DNA of 64,000 bases from Bacilli bacterium (GTDB taxonomy: Bacteria > Bacillota_I > Bacilli_A > RF39 > UBA660). Below are positions 1 through 9,387 of the stretch, piece after piece (the first letter of the stretch is position 1; every line of letters starts with the position of its first letter). Made by a program: the position numbers and the translations under genes. The notes below the pieces were generated by a model, which searched no databases, was not told the DNA's origin, and was given only the letters and a program-made list of their open reading frames with translations. The stretch is taken from contig JAFXXX010000003.1 of NCBI GenBank assembly GCA_017542065.1, positions 12,049 to 76,048 on the forward strand. The letters are read 5' to 3'.

Positions 1-225
1 ATTTTATTTGGAATATTATTTATTTTACAATAATTAAAGCATATTAATGATACCATATTTTTTAACACATTTTTCACACATTGATAGCACTAAACTTCTA
101 CAAAATAAACCTTGTTATCCACACTTTTTGTGTTAGAATGTAGTAAAATCAGGTAATCATGAATTTAAATAATTATCTGTTTTTTGTCCCTAATTTTTGC
201 CAATTTTTGGGGTCAGGGACTTAAG

Positions 226-252
226 AAAGCCTTATTTTATAAGGCTTTTTTC
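226..252 (+). terminator. Rho-independent terminator
   Basis: Hairpin aaagcctta / taaggcttt with a short loop, followed by a T-run (ttttttc). Confidence 0.5.
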
Positions 253-424
253 ATTGTTAGGGACCAATTTTGCATGTGCAGAATAAGTTTGCCACCACCC
301 TTTTTGTTGTAAAATAAGGGCAAAACGGGGTAGTTGGCGGCACCTTCTTATGCTCATAAAAAAAATAGGCATTTTTTTAGCAGTTTTTAGTCCCTAGTAA
401 AAAATTAAAAAAGGAGGTATTTTT

Positions 425-697
425 ATGAAAAGATTTATAATCATTCCTAACAAGTTAATAACTGAAGGATCTCTATCTTATGGAGCTATTCTTTTACTTG
501 GATTTTTAAATTCGAATTCTAAAAAGTTAGGTTATTCATATGCAACTAATAATTATTATGCAAATATGATTAGATGTTCTGCAAGAAAAATAACTTATCT
601 AATTAAAGAATTAAATGATCTAAATTATATTAGAATTGAGAATCCAAAAAGTTATAAAAGAAAAATATATGTTAGTTATAAATTTCCTAGTAAGTAG
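425..697 (+). CDS. Small winged-helix/HTH-like DNA-binding protein of the integrated element (function unverified)
   Basis: 90-aa ORF preceded by AGGAGG (aaaggaggtatttttATG). The C-terminal half (ARKITYLIKELNDLNYIRIE) looks like a wHTH recognition segment. Confidence 0.35.
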   Translation: MKRFIIIPNKLITEGSLSYGAILLLGFLNSNSKKLGYSYATNNYYANMIRCSARKITYLIKELNDLNYIRIENPKSYKRKIYVSYKFPSK

Positions 698-813
698 AAT
701 TATTCTTCTAACTAATAGGAAATATATTTCTAACAAAATAAATAAATTAAATAAATAAGTTAAATATATAATAGAAGATCTTGCAAGATAAGGTCTTTTT
801 TTGTGGAGGGATT

Positions 814-1245
814 ATGGATATACAAGATTATATATTAGTACATGGAATAATTACTAATATTAAAGACAATGTTGATAATAAGTTTATATGGTTCGATATA
901 AGAAAAGATGAGTATTACAAAGATAAGGATGGAAAGATGAAGAATAACCCATCCTTTTTTAGTGTAAGAGTATCTAAGAATATGAAATATAAACTAGAAA
1001 CAAATATAGAAATTATTGTTAAAGGAATACCTAAAGGTTTTGTTGATAAAAATGGATATAGACAAAACTATATTCACGCTACTGAAATAAATGGATTAGA
1101 AACTAATAAGTATGATGGAATTATTTCTTATGATACTGATGGAGTTATGCTGTGGAATGGTAAAAGATGTGAATCTACACTAATATCTAGAGAAGAACAA
1201 GAAGAAATTGATAAATTAATAAAAGAATGTATAGGAGAAGATTAA
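814..1245 (+). CDS. Hypothetical protein (possible OB-fold or ssDNA-binding-like, unverified)
   Basis: I prefer the ATG at 814 over the TTG at 781 because GGAGGG sits 4 nt upstream. No motif recognised with certainty. Confidence 0.3.
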   Translation: MDIQDYILVHGIITNIKDNVDNKFIWFDIRKDEYYKDKDGKMKNNPSFFSVRVSKNMKYKLETNIEIIVKGIPKGFVDKNGYRQNYIHATEINGLETNKYDGIISYDTDGVMLWNGKRCESTLISREEQEEIDKLIKECIGED

Positions 1246-1319
1246 TATGATGATTTGTGTTTTTAAATCTATTGTGATATATATTAATCAACCTATCGAT
1301 ATAAGTCGAGGTGAATTTT

Positions 1320-1589
1320 ATGAGTAAGGAGATATCTTGGAAAGAAAAATTTGAATTAGTACTTAAAGAAGAACTAACAATTAAAGAAATAATGATGTTA
1401 TGCTCAGTAGGTCAACCCAGGGCATCTATCATTAGAAAGAAAGCAATTGAATTATGTATGAGTGAAGATATAAAACTATATTCACAGCAAGTTCCAACAG
1501 AAGCAGTTCTAAGAATAATCAATAAAGATATCAATTACTATAGAGATAAAATGAACCTTGAATTCGAAATATGTAGGTTGAGGAGGTAA
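1320..1589 (+). CDS. Small HTH protein immediately upstream of the integrase (excisionase/recombination directionality factor-like)
   Basis: ATG at 1320 with GAGGTGA upstream. About 89 aa. Its stop is 5 nt before the integrase start, the usual Xis position. Confidence 0.35.
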   Translation: MSKEISWKEKFELVLKEELTIKEIMMLCSVGQPRASIIRKKAIELCMSEDIKLYSQQVPTEAVLRIINKDINYYRDKMNLEFEICRLRR

Positions 1590-1593
1590 AAAA

Positions 1594-2694
1594 TTGTCTG
1601 TTCATAAAGATAGTAGAACAGGTTTATATTATGTTAAGCATCTAAATAAAACTTATAGAGGTTTTGAAAAAAAGAGCGATGCTAAAAACTATGAATCTAG
1701 GCTACAACTAAATGAAATAGACCAAATAACTAATTTATCAATTTCTACTCTTGCTAATGATTTTTTAGAAGACTATAAACTTAATCGTACAATTACAACT
1801 TATATTAGTACTAAGGCAATTATTAATAATTATATTCTTAAATTCTTTGATAATAAAAGAGTACAAAAAATAAATGAATTAGACTGCCGTAATTTTAAAA
1901 ATTTCTTAGCTACGACTAATTTATCGTCTAAAACTAAGAATCACATTATAAGCGTGTTAAAAATGGTGTTTCATCATGCAAAAGTCTATTACAAACTGAA
2001 TGATGATCCAACTTATGTAATTGAACCCTTTAATAAGACATTTGAAGAAAAGATAGCCCAAAGAGAAAGAGGAAAAAATATTTGGACTAATGAAGAGTTT
2101 AATAAGTTTATTGAATGTGTAGAAAGACCAGATTATAAGATGTTCTTCATTATAATGTATTTTACTGGTTTACGTATTGGAGAAATGCAAGCATTAAAAT
2201 GGGAAGACTATGAAAATGGTTATATAACTGTTAATAAAGAATTTAATGAAAGAACTGAAGTTCATCATGGAGAATTAAAAGAACCTAAGACTGCAAACTC
2301 TTATCGAGATGTCGCCTTAGGTCATAATATTGATAAGTTATTAAGTGATTATAAAGAATCACAAAGAAAGAAATATGGGTATATTGATAATAATTGGTTT
2401 ATTTTCGGTCGAGTTGATGTTTTTCATAGAACTACTATAAACCGAATAAAAGAACAGTCAATTAAATTAGCTGGAGTTAAATATATTACAAATCATCAGT
2501 TTAGACATTCACATGCATCTAACCTTATTTGTAATAGTGATACTAATATAGTAGCAGTATCTCAAAGACTAGGTCACTCTGATACTAGTATAACTTTAAG
2601 TACTTATACTCATTTACTTCCAAAAATGGAAGAAAAAGTATCAAGTTATATAGATGAAGTATCATCAGATTTAGTCCAAAAAGTTTGCTTTTAA
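1594..2694 (+). CDS. int: Tyrosine-type site-specific recombinase (phage integrase family)
   Basis: TTG start 7 nt after AGGAGG. The C-terminal catalytic region has ...GLRIGE..., HQFRHSHAS, LGHSDTSITLSTYTHL (R..HxxR..Y signature). Confidence 0.9.
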   Translation: MSVHKDSRTGLYYVKHLNKTYRGFEKKSDAKNYESRLQLNEIDQITNLSISTLANDFLEDYKLNRTITTYISTKAIINNYILKFFDNKRVQKINELDCRNFKNFLATTNLSSKTKNHIISVLKMVFHHAKVYYKLNDDPTYVIEPFNKTFEEKIAQRERGKNIWTNEEFNKFIECVERPDYKMFFIIMYFTGLRIGEMQALKWEDYENGYITVNKEFNERTEVHHGELKEPKTANSYRDVALGHNIDKLLSDYKESQRKKYGYIDNNWFIFGRVDVFHRTTINRIKEQSIKLAGVKYITNHQFRHSHASNLICNSDTNIVAVSQRLGHSDTSITLSTYTHLLPKMEEKVSSYIDEVSSDLVQKVCF

Positions 2695-2714
2695 AAAAAA
2701 GATTTTTTAAAAAA

Positions 2715-2736
2715 ATCTTCTCCCAATCTTCTCCCA
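2715..2736. repeat. Perfect tandem direct repeat atcttctccca x2
   Basis: Read directly: 2715-2725 and 2726-2736 are identical 11-mers between the integrase stop and the tRNA terminator. Meaning unknown (possible recombination or arm site). Confidence 0.6.
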
Positions 2737-2765
2737 AAAAAAAATACCCTTATAAAATAAGGGTA
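2736..2765 (-). terminator. Rho-independent terminator of the tRNA-Arg/tRNA-Pro operon
   Basis: On the minus strand, hairpin taccctta-tttta-taagggta is followed by T9, directly downstream of tRNA-Pro. Confidence 0.7.
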
Positions 2766-2775
2766 AAATACTCAA

Positions 2776-2852
2776 TGGTCGGGAAGACAGGATTTGAACC
2801 TGCAACCTCTTGGTCCCAAACCAAGCGCACTGCCAAGTTGTGCTACTTCCCG
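2776..2852 (-). tRNA. tRNA-Pro (anticodon UGG)
   Basis: Reverse complement reads CGGGAAGTAGCACAACTTGGCAGTGCGCTTGGTTTGGGACCAAGAGGTTGCAGGTTCAAATCCTGTCTTCCCGACCA. Acceptor stem CGGGAAG/CTTCCCG, anticodon loop TTTGGGA, T-arm GGTTCAAATCC, encoded CCA. Confidence 0.92.
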
Positions 2853-2868
2853 ATATATATTATAAAAA

Positions 2869-2945
<77 letters not shown>

Positions 2946-2969
2946 ATACGCACTTCAAAGAACATATAA

Positions 2970-2998
2970 ATAATATCATTATTATTCTTTAAAGTCAA
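2970..2998 (-). promoter_or_regulatory. Sigma-A-type promoter for the tRNA operon
   Basis: Minus strand: TTGACT (2998-2993), 17-nt spacer, TATTAT (2975-2970), about 25 nt upstream of the tRNA-Arg 5' end. Confidence 0.5.
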
Positions 2999-3032
2999 TA
3001 AATAATAAAAAAAATAAAGAATTATTCATTCT

Positions 3033-4553
3033 CTATTTTTTAAACATTTTTTCTAAAGCATTTAATCCTTTAGTAATTAATCTTCCTTCTACTCTAGAAG
3101 CTACTCTTCTACCTATTTTTCTTGGTACTGAGTTTTTCTTCTTTCTTTCAGCTTCTCTTTCTTCTTTTTCTTTTTGCTTTCTAGCTTTTTCAGCTTCTTT
3201 TTCTGCTGCTATTTTAGCTTTTTCTTCATCTTTAATTCTTTGCTCTTCTGCTTTTTTAGCCTTTTCTTCTTCAACTATTTTATCTATTTTTTCAGAAGCT
3301 GATTCATCATCTATCTTTTCATCATATTTACCAGCAAAAGGACTATTATTAATGATTTTATTTCTAGCCATATCATCAATAACACCTATCTTACTTTGAG
3401 GTGGAAGTATAGTTACTCTTTCACATACTTCAGGTTCTCCTTTTTCGTTTAAGAAACTTACTATTGCTTCACCAGTTCCCAATTCTAAAATAGTATCATA
3501 TGTATTAAACTTTGGATTAGATCTAAATGAATCTGCAGCAGCTTTAACTATTTTTTGTTCAGCTGGTGTATAAGCTCTTAAGTTATGTTGAACTCTATTA
3601 CCCAATTGTTCAATAATAGTAGAAGGTATATCTCTAGTACTTTGTGAAATAAAGTATAAACCTATTCCCTTTGATCTTATTAATTTAACTATTTTTTCAA
3701 TTTGCTTTAATCTATATGATGGCATTTCTCTAAATAAGAAATGTGCTTCGTCAAAAAAGAATGCTATCTTAGGCTTATCTAAATCTCCTACTTCTGGCAT
3801 AGAATCATAAAGATTTGTTAATAAACATAACATAACTGCAGAGTATAAATCAGGATTCTTATAAAGCTCTACAGCATCAAGTATATTTACTACACCCTTT
3901 CCTTCGTTATTTGTAGATATAAAATCATGAATATCAAGTTCTGGTTCACCAAAGAAATTATCTAACCCTTGATTTTCTAATGCATTTAGGCTTCTAAGAA
4001 TTACACCTACACTTTGTGTAGTTACATTTCCATATTTAATAGTATAATCACTTCTGTGTTCACCAATATGGTTTAAAACTCTTTTTAAATCAGGTAGATT
4101 ATCTAAATCCCATTTTTCATCTTCTGAAACTTTAAATACGATGTTTAAAACGCCTTCTTGAGCTTCAGATAATCCAAGCATAATAGAAAGTATATTTGGA
4201 CCTACATCAGATACTTTAAATCTAATTGGATGTCCTTTAGTTCCATAAATATCCCAAAATCTAACTGGAAATTCTTTAACATCAAAATCTGTTAGTTTTA
4301 GAGATTCTACTCTCTTTGAAATGTTTTCATTCATTTCTCCAATACAAGCAGTTCCTGCCAAATCACCTTTAACATCTGCCATAAATACTGGAACACCTAA
4401 ATCAGATAAACTTTCTGCCATTACTTTAGATGTAATAGTTTTACCAGTTCCTGATGCTCCTGTTATAAGTCCATGACGATTAGCCATTTTTGGAAGTAAA
4501 TATACTTCCTTTTTTTCATTCTTACCTATTAATAAACCTTCACTTCTATACAT
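3033..4553 (-). CDS. HerA/FtsK-like P-loop ATPase (DUF853/YjgR-type) with a K/E-rich C-terminal tail
   Basis: Walker A GASGTGKT near the N-terminus, Walker B-like FFFDEAH, and overall similarity to the DUF853 family as I recall it. Confidence 0.7.
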   Translation of the reverse strand: MYRSEGLLIGKNEKKEVYLLPKMANRHGLITGASGTGKTITSKVMAESLSDLGVPVFMADVKGDLAGTACIGEMNENISKRVESLKLTDFDVKEFPVRFWDIYGTKGHPIRFKVSDVGPNILSIMLGLSEAQEGVLNIVFKVSEDEKWDLDNLPDLKRVLNHIGEHRSDYTIKYGNVTTQSVGVILRSLNALENQGLDNFFGEPELDIHDFISTNNEGKGVVNILDAVELYKNPDLYSAVMLCLLTNLYDSMPEVGDLDKPKIAFFFDEAHFLFREMPSYRLKQIEKIVKLIRSKGIGLYFISQSTRDIPSTIIEQLGNRVQHNLRAYTPAEQKIVKAAADSFRSNPKFNTYDTILELGTGEAIVSFLNEKGEPEVCERVTILPPQSKIGVIDDMARNKIINNSPFAGKYDEKIDDESASEKIDKIVEEEKAKKAEEQRIKDEEKAKIAAEKEAEKARKQKEKEEREAERKKKNSVPRKIGRRVASRVEGRLITKGLNALEKMFKK

Positions 4554-4605
4554 ATTATCCTCCTAATACTTTATATAATTATTCTTCTTTATACATATAA
4601 TCCCC

Positions 4606-5025
4606 CTAGTTGTTTTTCAAGATGTCTTCAATTATATTTACACCAAGTGTAGCACATGTTTTTCTAGATTCTTGCATCCATATTTCATCAAATGCTAATA
4701 AATCTTCAAGAATAGAACTATCATATTCTTCCTCGTTTACCATCTTTTTATAATTATCAATTATATTTAATACTTCCTCTTTAGATTTACCAATAAATCT
4801 ATGAATAGCTATTGATAATGATGAAGTTGCTATTGCACAAGCTTCACCATCAAATCTAATATCTTTTACTATTCCATCTTCTATTTTTAATTCTATATCA
4901 AAATGATCTATACAAGATGGATTTTTATTACTTTTTTTAATATAACTAGGATCATTAGTTAATCCTTTATTATTAGGATAATTAAAATTGTCTAATATAA
5001 GTTCTCTTTTAATATTACTATCCAT
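4606..5025 (-). CDS. sufU: SufU/IscU-like Fe-S cluster assembly scaffold
   Basis: Three conserved Cys contexts (NPSCID, GEACAIATSS, RKTCATL). The gene directly follows a cysteine desulfurase. Confidence 0.85.
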   Translation of the reverse strand: MDSNIKRELILDNFNYPNNKGLTNDPSYIKKSNKNPSCIDHFDIELKIEDGIVKDIRFDGEACAIATSSLSIAIHRFIGKSKEEVLNIIDNYKKMVNEEEYDSSILEDLLAFDEIWMQESRKTCATLGVNIIEDILKNN

Positions 5026-5026
5026 A

Positions 5027-6211
5027 TTAAATACCTAAACTTTCTTCTAGAATATTTTTATTATCTAGAACTTCTACTAATTTATCACATTCTTCTATTG
5101 TGTTATAGAAGTATAAACTTACTCTTACAGTATTTTTAACTCCTGTAACTTCATGAAGCATTTTATCACAATGATCACCTGATCTAACACATATATTCTT
5201 TTTATCTAAATATAATGATGTATCTTGTGCAAATACTCCTTTTACATTAAATATGATAGTAGAACCATCTATATCTTTATTATATATATCTAAATTATCT
5301 AACTTAGATAATTTAGTAATTAAATACTTTCTTAAATCAGATACATATTCTTCTATAGTATTAACTCCAATAGAATTAATATAATCAATAGTATCAGCTA
5401 AAGCTATGACTCCAGGAACATTTCTAGTACCTGCTTCTAAGTTAAATGGATAATCTTTATAAACTATTTCATCCTCTGAGAAAGATGATGTTACTCCACC
5501 ACCTGTAGTAACAGGTTTTATATCTTTCATTAATTCTTCTTTAGCATATAGAATACCTACTCCCATAGGTCCACAAAACTTATGAGCAGATCCAGCTAAG
5601 AAATCTATATCCATATCTGTTACATCCACTAATGTATGTCCTAAACTTTGAGCAGCATCTACAACTACTAATATATTATTCTTGTGAGCAAATTCACATA
5701 TAGATTTAATATCTCTTTTATCACCTATTACATTAGATATATGAGATAATGCAATTACTTTTGTATTATTTGTTACTTTCTGCGAAATATTATCTAGTGT
5801 TAGTTTATAGTCCTCATCAAGGTTAGCATATTTTATTTTTACACCTAGTTCCATAAATGGAAGTATAAGTGATGCATGTTCACTCTTTGATAGTATTACT
5901 TCGTCATTACTATTTAATGCATGCTTAAAATAACCATTAATAATCATATTAAGGCTCTCTGTAGCTCCACTAGTAAATACTATTTCTTTTGATGATTTAG
6001 CATTAATAAATTCTTTTACTTTATCTCTAGATTTTTCATATAGATTACTAGTAAGCATACTAAGATTATAATCTCCCCTATGAGCATTCATAGGATATTC
6101 CTCATAATACTTATTAATAGAATCTATTACGCATTTTGGTTTTAAACTAGTAGCACCATTATCAAAATAAATAATATTTGTATTTAAAATATTAAAATCA
6201 TCTCTATGCAT
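5027..6211 (-). CDS. sufS: Cysteine desulfurase (class V aminotransferase, SufS type)
   Basis: PLP-lysine context SAHKFCGPMG and C-terminal RSGDHC active-site loop. The ATG at 6211 has AGAGGTG upstream and is preferred to the GTG at 6220. Confidence 0.88.
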   Translation of the reverse strand: MHRDDFNILNTNIIYFDNGATSLKPKCVIDSINKYYEEYPMNAHRGDYNLSMLTSNLYEKSRDKVKEFINAKSSKEIVFTSGATESLNMIINGYFKHALNSNDEVILSKSEHASLILPFMELGVKIKYANLDEDYKLTLDNISQKVTNNTKVIALSHISNVIGDKRDIKSICEFAHKNNILVVVDAAQSLGHTLVDVTDMDIDFLAGSAHKFCGPMGVGILYAKEELMKDIKPVTTGGGVTSSFSEDEIVYKDYPFNLEAGTRNVPGVIALADTIDYINSIGVNTIEEYVSDLRKYLITKLSKLDNLDIYNKDIDGSTIIFNVKGVFAQDTSLYLDKKNICVRSGDHCDKMLHEVTGVKNTVRVSLYFYNTIEECDKLVEVLDNKNILEESLGI

Positions 6212-6281
6212 AAATAGCACCTCTTTTTTATATTCGTATTATAACATATTTATGATAAAATATATATGGGAGATGAAATAA

Positions 6282-6644
6282 ATGGACAATTGTATTTTTT
6301 GTAAAATTATAGATGGAAGTATTCCATCAAAAACTATTTATGAGGACGAAGTAGTAAAAGTATTTTTAGATATTAATCCTTTAGCAGCAGGACATACTTT
6401 AATAATACCTAAAAAACATTTTAAGGATTTTGATGATATTGATTTAGAAACACTTAATCATATTATGAAAGTTGCTAAGGATATTAAACTTAGAATAGAA
6501 GAAAGATTAAATCCTAGTGGAATTAGACTTCTTCAAAATAATGGTGTACTTCAAGATGTTAAACATTTTCACTTACATTTAATACCTACATATAATAAAG
6601 ATATGGATTTAAATGTAGATAAAGTGTTTGAAATATTAAAGTAA
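6282..6644 (+). CDS. HIT-family nucleotide hydrolase/transferase
   Basis: N-terminal CIFCKI and the histidine triad HFHLHLIP. Confidence 0.88.
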   Translation: MDNCIFCKIIDGSIPSKTIYEDEVVKVFLDINPLAAGHTLIIPKKHFKDFDDIDLETLNHIMKVAKDIKLRIEERLNPSGIRLLQNNGVLQDVKHFHLHLIPTYNKDMDLNVDKVFEILK

Positions 6645-6684
6645 TTTTGTTATTATATATGTATACGTTTATAGGAGGATAAAG

Positions 6685-7635
6685 ATGAAAAACAAAATAT
6701 TATTAAGCGTAGGAATAACTATGGGTGCAGTATTATTACTTACTGGTTGTGGTAAAGCAAAATTAAAAGACGGATCTGAAGTAGCTTTTAAAGTTAATGG
6801 TGAAAAAGTATCTGCTGAAAAAGTATATGAAACTTTAAAAGAAAAATATGCTAAACAAATGTTAGCAGATGAAATTGATAAAATCATTTTTGATACAGTA
6901 TATAAAAATGATGAAGAAATAGAAAAAAAAGTAAATGAACAACTAGATTATTTAAAAACTACTTATGGTGATAATTGGGAAACTACATTAAAGAGTGCTG
7001 GTTATGATTCAGAGGATAAATTAAGAGATGAATTTAGATTATCATATCAAAGAGATAAAGCTGTTAGAGATTATATTAAAGAAAATATTTCTGATTCAGA
7101 AATTAATTCTTATTATAATGATGAATATGAAGGATCTATATCTGCTAAACATATATTAATATCTACTACTGATAGATCAGATGAAGATGCTGAAAAAGAA
7201 GCTAAAGAAATTATTAAGAGATTAAATAATGGTGAAGATTTTTCTGAAATAGCTAAAGAAAAATCTGAAGATCCAGGATCTAAAGATAATGGTGGAGATT
7301 TAGGTTACTTTGGTAAAGGTGAAATGGTTTCTGAATTTGAAGAAGCTGCATTTAAATTAAATGTTAATGAATATACTAAAGAACCAGTTAAAACTAGTTA
7401 TGGATATCATATTATATTAAAGACTGGTCAAAAAGATAAAGCTGAATTAAAAGATGTTAAAGATGATATAATTGATAAATTAGTAGAAAAGAAACTAAAT
7501 GACGATAAAACTATTGCTATTACATCTTTAGAACAAATTAGAAAAGACTATGGATTAAAGATTAATGATTCTGTTTTAAAAAGAGAATATAAAGCTTATA
7601 TCCAAGAACAAAAAGATTATTATAATGAACAATAA
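6685..7635 (+). CDS. prsA: PrsA-type foldase lipoprotein (parvulin PPIase)
   Basis: Lipobox LLTGC after a signal peptide. Parvulin domain (SAKHILI..., GGDLGYFGKGEMVSEFE, YGYHII). Confidence 0.85.
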   Translation: MKNKILLSVGITMGAVLLLTGCGKAKLKDGSEVAFKVNGEKVSAEKVYETLKEKYAKQMLADEIDKIIFDTVYKNDEEIEKKVNEQLDYLKTTYGDNWETTLKSAGYDSEDKLRDEFRLSYQRDKAVRDYIKENISDSEINSYYNDEYEGSISAKHILISTTDRSDEDAEKEAKEIIKRLNNGEDFSEIAKEKSEDPGSKDNGGDLGYFGKGEMVSEFEEAAFKLNVNEYTKEPVKTSYGYHIILKTGQKDKAELKDVKDDIIDKLVEKKLNDDKTIAITSLEQIRKDYGLKINDSVLKREYKAYIQEQKDYYNEQ

Positions 7636-7648
7636 TAAAAAAGGAATA

Positions 7649-8398
7649 TCAATTGATATTCCTTTTTATTTCGTCTAAATCAAATCCTTTAGAGTATAAT
7701 TTAGATCTTATAAATACTTCTAGTTTATAATCATCAAATTTATCTTTATATTTATTTAATAATTTATTATATTCTTTTATACCCTCTTCTATATTAGTTA
7801 AATTTTTAGTATTAATTATTTCATTAATCATATCTATATCATATCCTTGATTAATAAAATAACTAATTAATCTTTGTTTTAATATATTTCCTGAGTATCC
7901 TTTAGAGGTCTTAATCTTTTTATCTATTAAATGATTTAACTTATCATATATTACTTTATTATCCACAGTAATATTATCATTTATTATATCTTCTTTAATA
8001 CCTAACTTTAATAAATTATCTTTTATTTTATTAGGTCCATCATTAGATAGATTAATTCTATCTAAATAATAAGCATATACATATTTAGAGTCATTTATAA
8101 GGCCATTTAAGATAAGTTTTTCTATAGTTCTATTAACTAACCCATCTTCATAATATTTGCTTAAATAAGTCTTTATTTCCTTCTTAGAACGCATTTTAGT
8201 ACTAATATATTTAATACTCTTATTATATGCTTCATATTCATTATTATCAGACATTATTTTATCTAAATTATCTATATGTTTACTAATTAATAAATTATTA
8301 TTTAATATAACATCTTCATATAAAGTAATAGTATCTTCATTATCTAAATATACTTTATATTTACCATTCTTTAATCTTTCATATTTAACTATATTCAT
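7649..8398 (-). CDS. recX: RecX-like regulatory protein
   Basis: Repeated three-helix RecX-like segments (RSKKEIKTYLSK..., GLINDSKYVYAYY...), with length and pattern typical of Firmicute RecX. Confidence 0.6.
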   Translation of the reverse strand: MNIVKYERLKNGKYKVYLDNEDTITLYEDVILNNNLLISKHIDNLDKIMSDNNEYEAYNKSIKYISTKMRSKKEIKTYLSKYYEDGLVNRTIEKLILNGLINDSKYVYAYYLDRINLSNDGPNKIKDNLLKLGIKEDIINDNITVDNKVIYDKLNHLIDKKIKTSKGYSGNILKQRLISYFINQGYDIDMINEIINTKNLTNIEEGIKEYNKLLNKYKDKFDDYKLEVFIRSKLYSKGFDLDEIKRNIN

Positions 8399-8426
8399 AT
8401 ATCACCTTATAAAAAAACTTAATACA

Positions 8427-8618
8427 TTAATTAACATGTATTAAGCCGTTTTGAACTTCTTCTAAAGCCTTATCTAAACTCTTTTTAGCTTTATAATCTT
8501 TTTCTTTCATTTGATAATGTTTTGTTTCATCCATTTGAGTAGCTCTCTTAGCTGCTATATAAACAAGTTGATATTTTGAATTAACAATATTTAAAATTTT
8601 ATCAATTGAATATGTCAT
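8427..8618 (-). CDS. rpoZ: DNA-directed RNA polymerase omega subunit
   Basis: SKYQLVYIAAKRATQM and LDKALEEVQNGL match the B. subtilis RpoZ pattern (SKYTLV..ARRAREM, GKALEEIDAGL). Confidence 0.8.
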   Translation of the reverse strand: MTYSIDKILNIVNSKYQLVYIAAKRATQMDETKHYQMKEKDYKAKKSLDKALEEVQNGLIHVN

Positions 8619-8621
8619 AAC

Positions 8622-9323
8622 CTACGCTCCCTTACTTAATGTATTCGCTATTGGAATAACTTTTTCCTCTTCTTCTTGTTTCTTTTCTGCTTCTTTCTTT
8701 GCTTTTACGAAAGATAAGTCTGATGTTATTAGTGCTCTAAAATTAGAATCTAATTCTTTTCCTTCAGTTTTACGAGCATTAACTACATCTTTTAATGAAA
8801 ATTCATCAAACTGACCAGATTCTATTTTTTCTAAGAAATCAGTATCTCCAAAAACTTCTTTAAATTCATCTCCTCTACCTGTCATAAATAAATATACAAG
8901 TAAAGATGAATTACCAATTAATTGTGTTCCATAACATTTTAAAGCATCTTCTTTAGTTGGTAATGTAACAGGTCCTGTATATTCATAATAAGGAGTTGTT
9001 CTAACTATAGCATTATACATTATTGTATTACTTATAGCTTCGTCTAACTTAACATTTCTTGGAAATGTTAAAGTTATTAAACCATGATTAAACATATTTT
9101 CTTTATCTTCTACAGCAAGAGGACAAGATAAATATTCCATTAATGTACCTACAGTTATTTCTGTTGCTTCGCCAACAAATTTTTTAACTTGATCTTTTTT
9201 ATAGTCTAGGATAGATGATACATCAACACCAGTAGGTGCTTGTAATCTATAGTAATCTAGAATATTATCAACAAATTTATCTATATCTTCTTTTGAAGTT
9301 AATGCGTAGTTTGCTACTTCCAT
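8622..9323 (-). CDS. Hypothetical protein (233 aa) in the slot usually held by gmk upstream of rpoZ
   Basis: ORF only. No P-loop or other motif recognised. Confidence 0.4.
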   Translation of the reverse strand: MEVANYALTSKEDIDKFVDNILDYYRLQAPTGVDVSSILDYKKDQVKKFVGEATEITVGTLMEYLSCPLAVEDKENMFNHGLITLTFPRNVKLDEAISNTIMYNAIVRTTPYYEYTGPVTLPTKEDALKCYGTQLIGNSSLLVYLFMTGRGDEFKEVFGDTDFLEKIESGQFDEFSLKDVVNARKTEGKELDSNFRALITSDLSFVKAKKEAEKKQEEEEKVIPIANTLSKGA

Positions 9324-9387
9324 ATTACTAGCCTCCTATACTCATATTAATTATATCATATTTTTATAAAATTTTAACATTATTTTT

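Larger units (their letters stand above)
1..2736 (+). mobile_element. Right end of an integrated element (HTH protein, small ORFs, Xis-like protein, tyrosine integrase) beside the tRNA operon; left end lies outside the window
   Basis: Co-directional small ORFs end in a tyrosine integrase whose stop lies about 80 nt from the 3' end of tRNA-Pro. This is the usual layout of tRNA-proximal islands. No att repeat could be identified inside the window. Confidence 0.5.

Noticed and set aside
2715-2736. Possible CRISPR or array-like repeat
   Set aside because: There are only two abutting 11-mers with no spacers, so this is not an array. It is recorded as a simple tandem repeat.
1-2736. Calling the left-hand element a prophage
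   Set aside because: Only integrase, Xis-like and small DNA-binding-type ORFs are visible, and no capsid, tail, terminase or lysis genes. The element type (satellite, IME or prophage end) cannot be decided from 2.7 kb.
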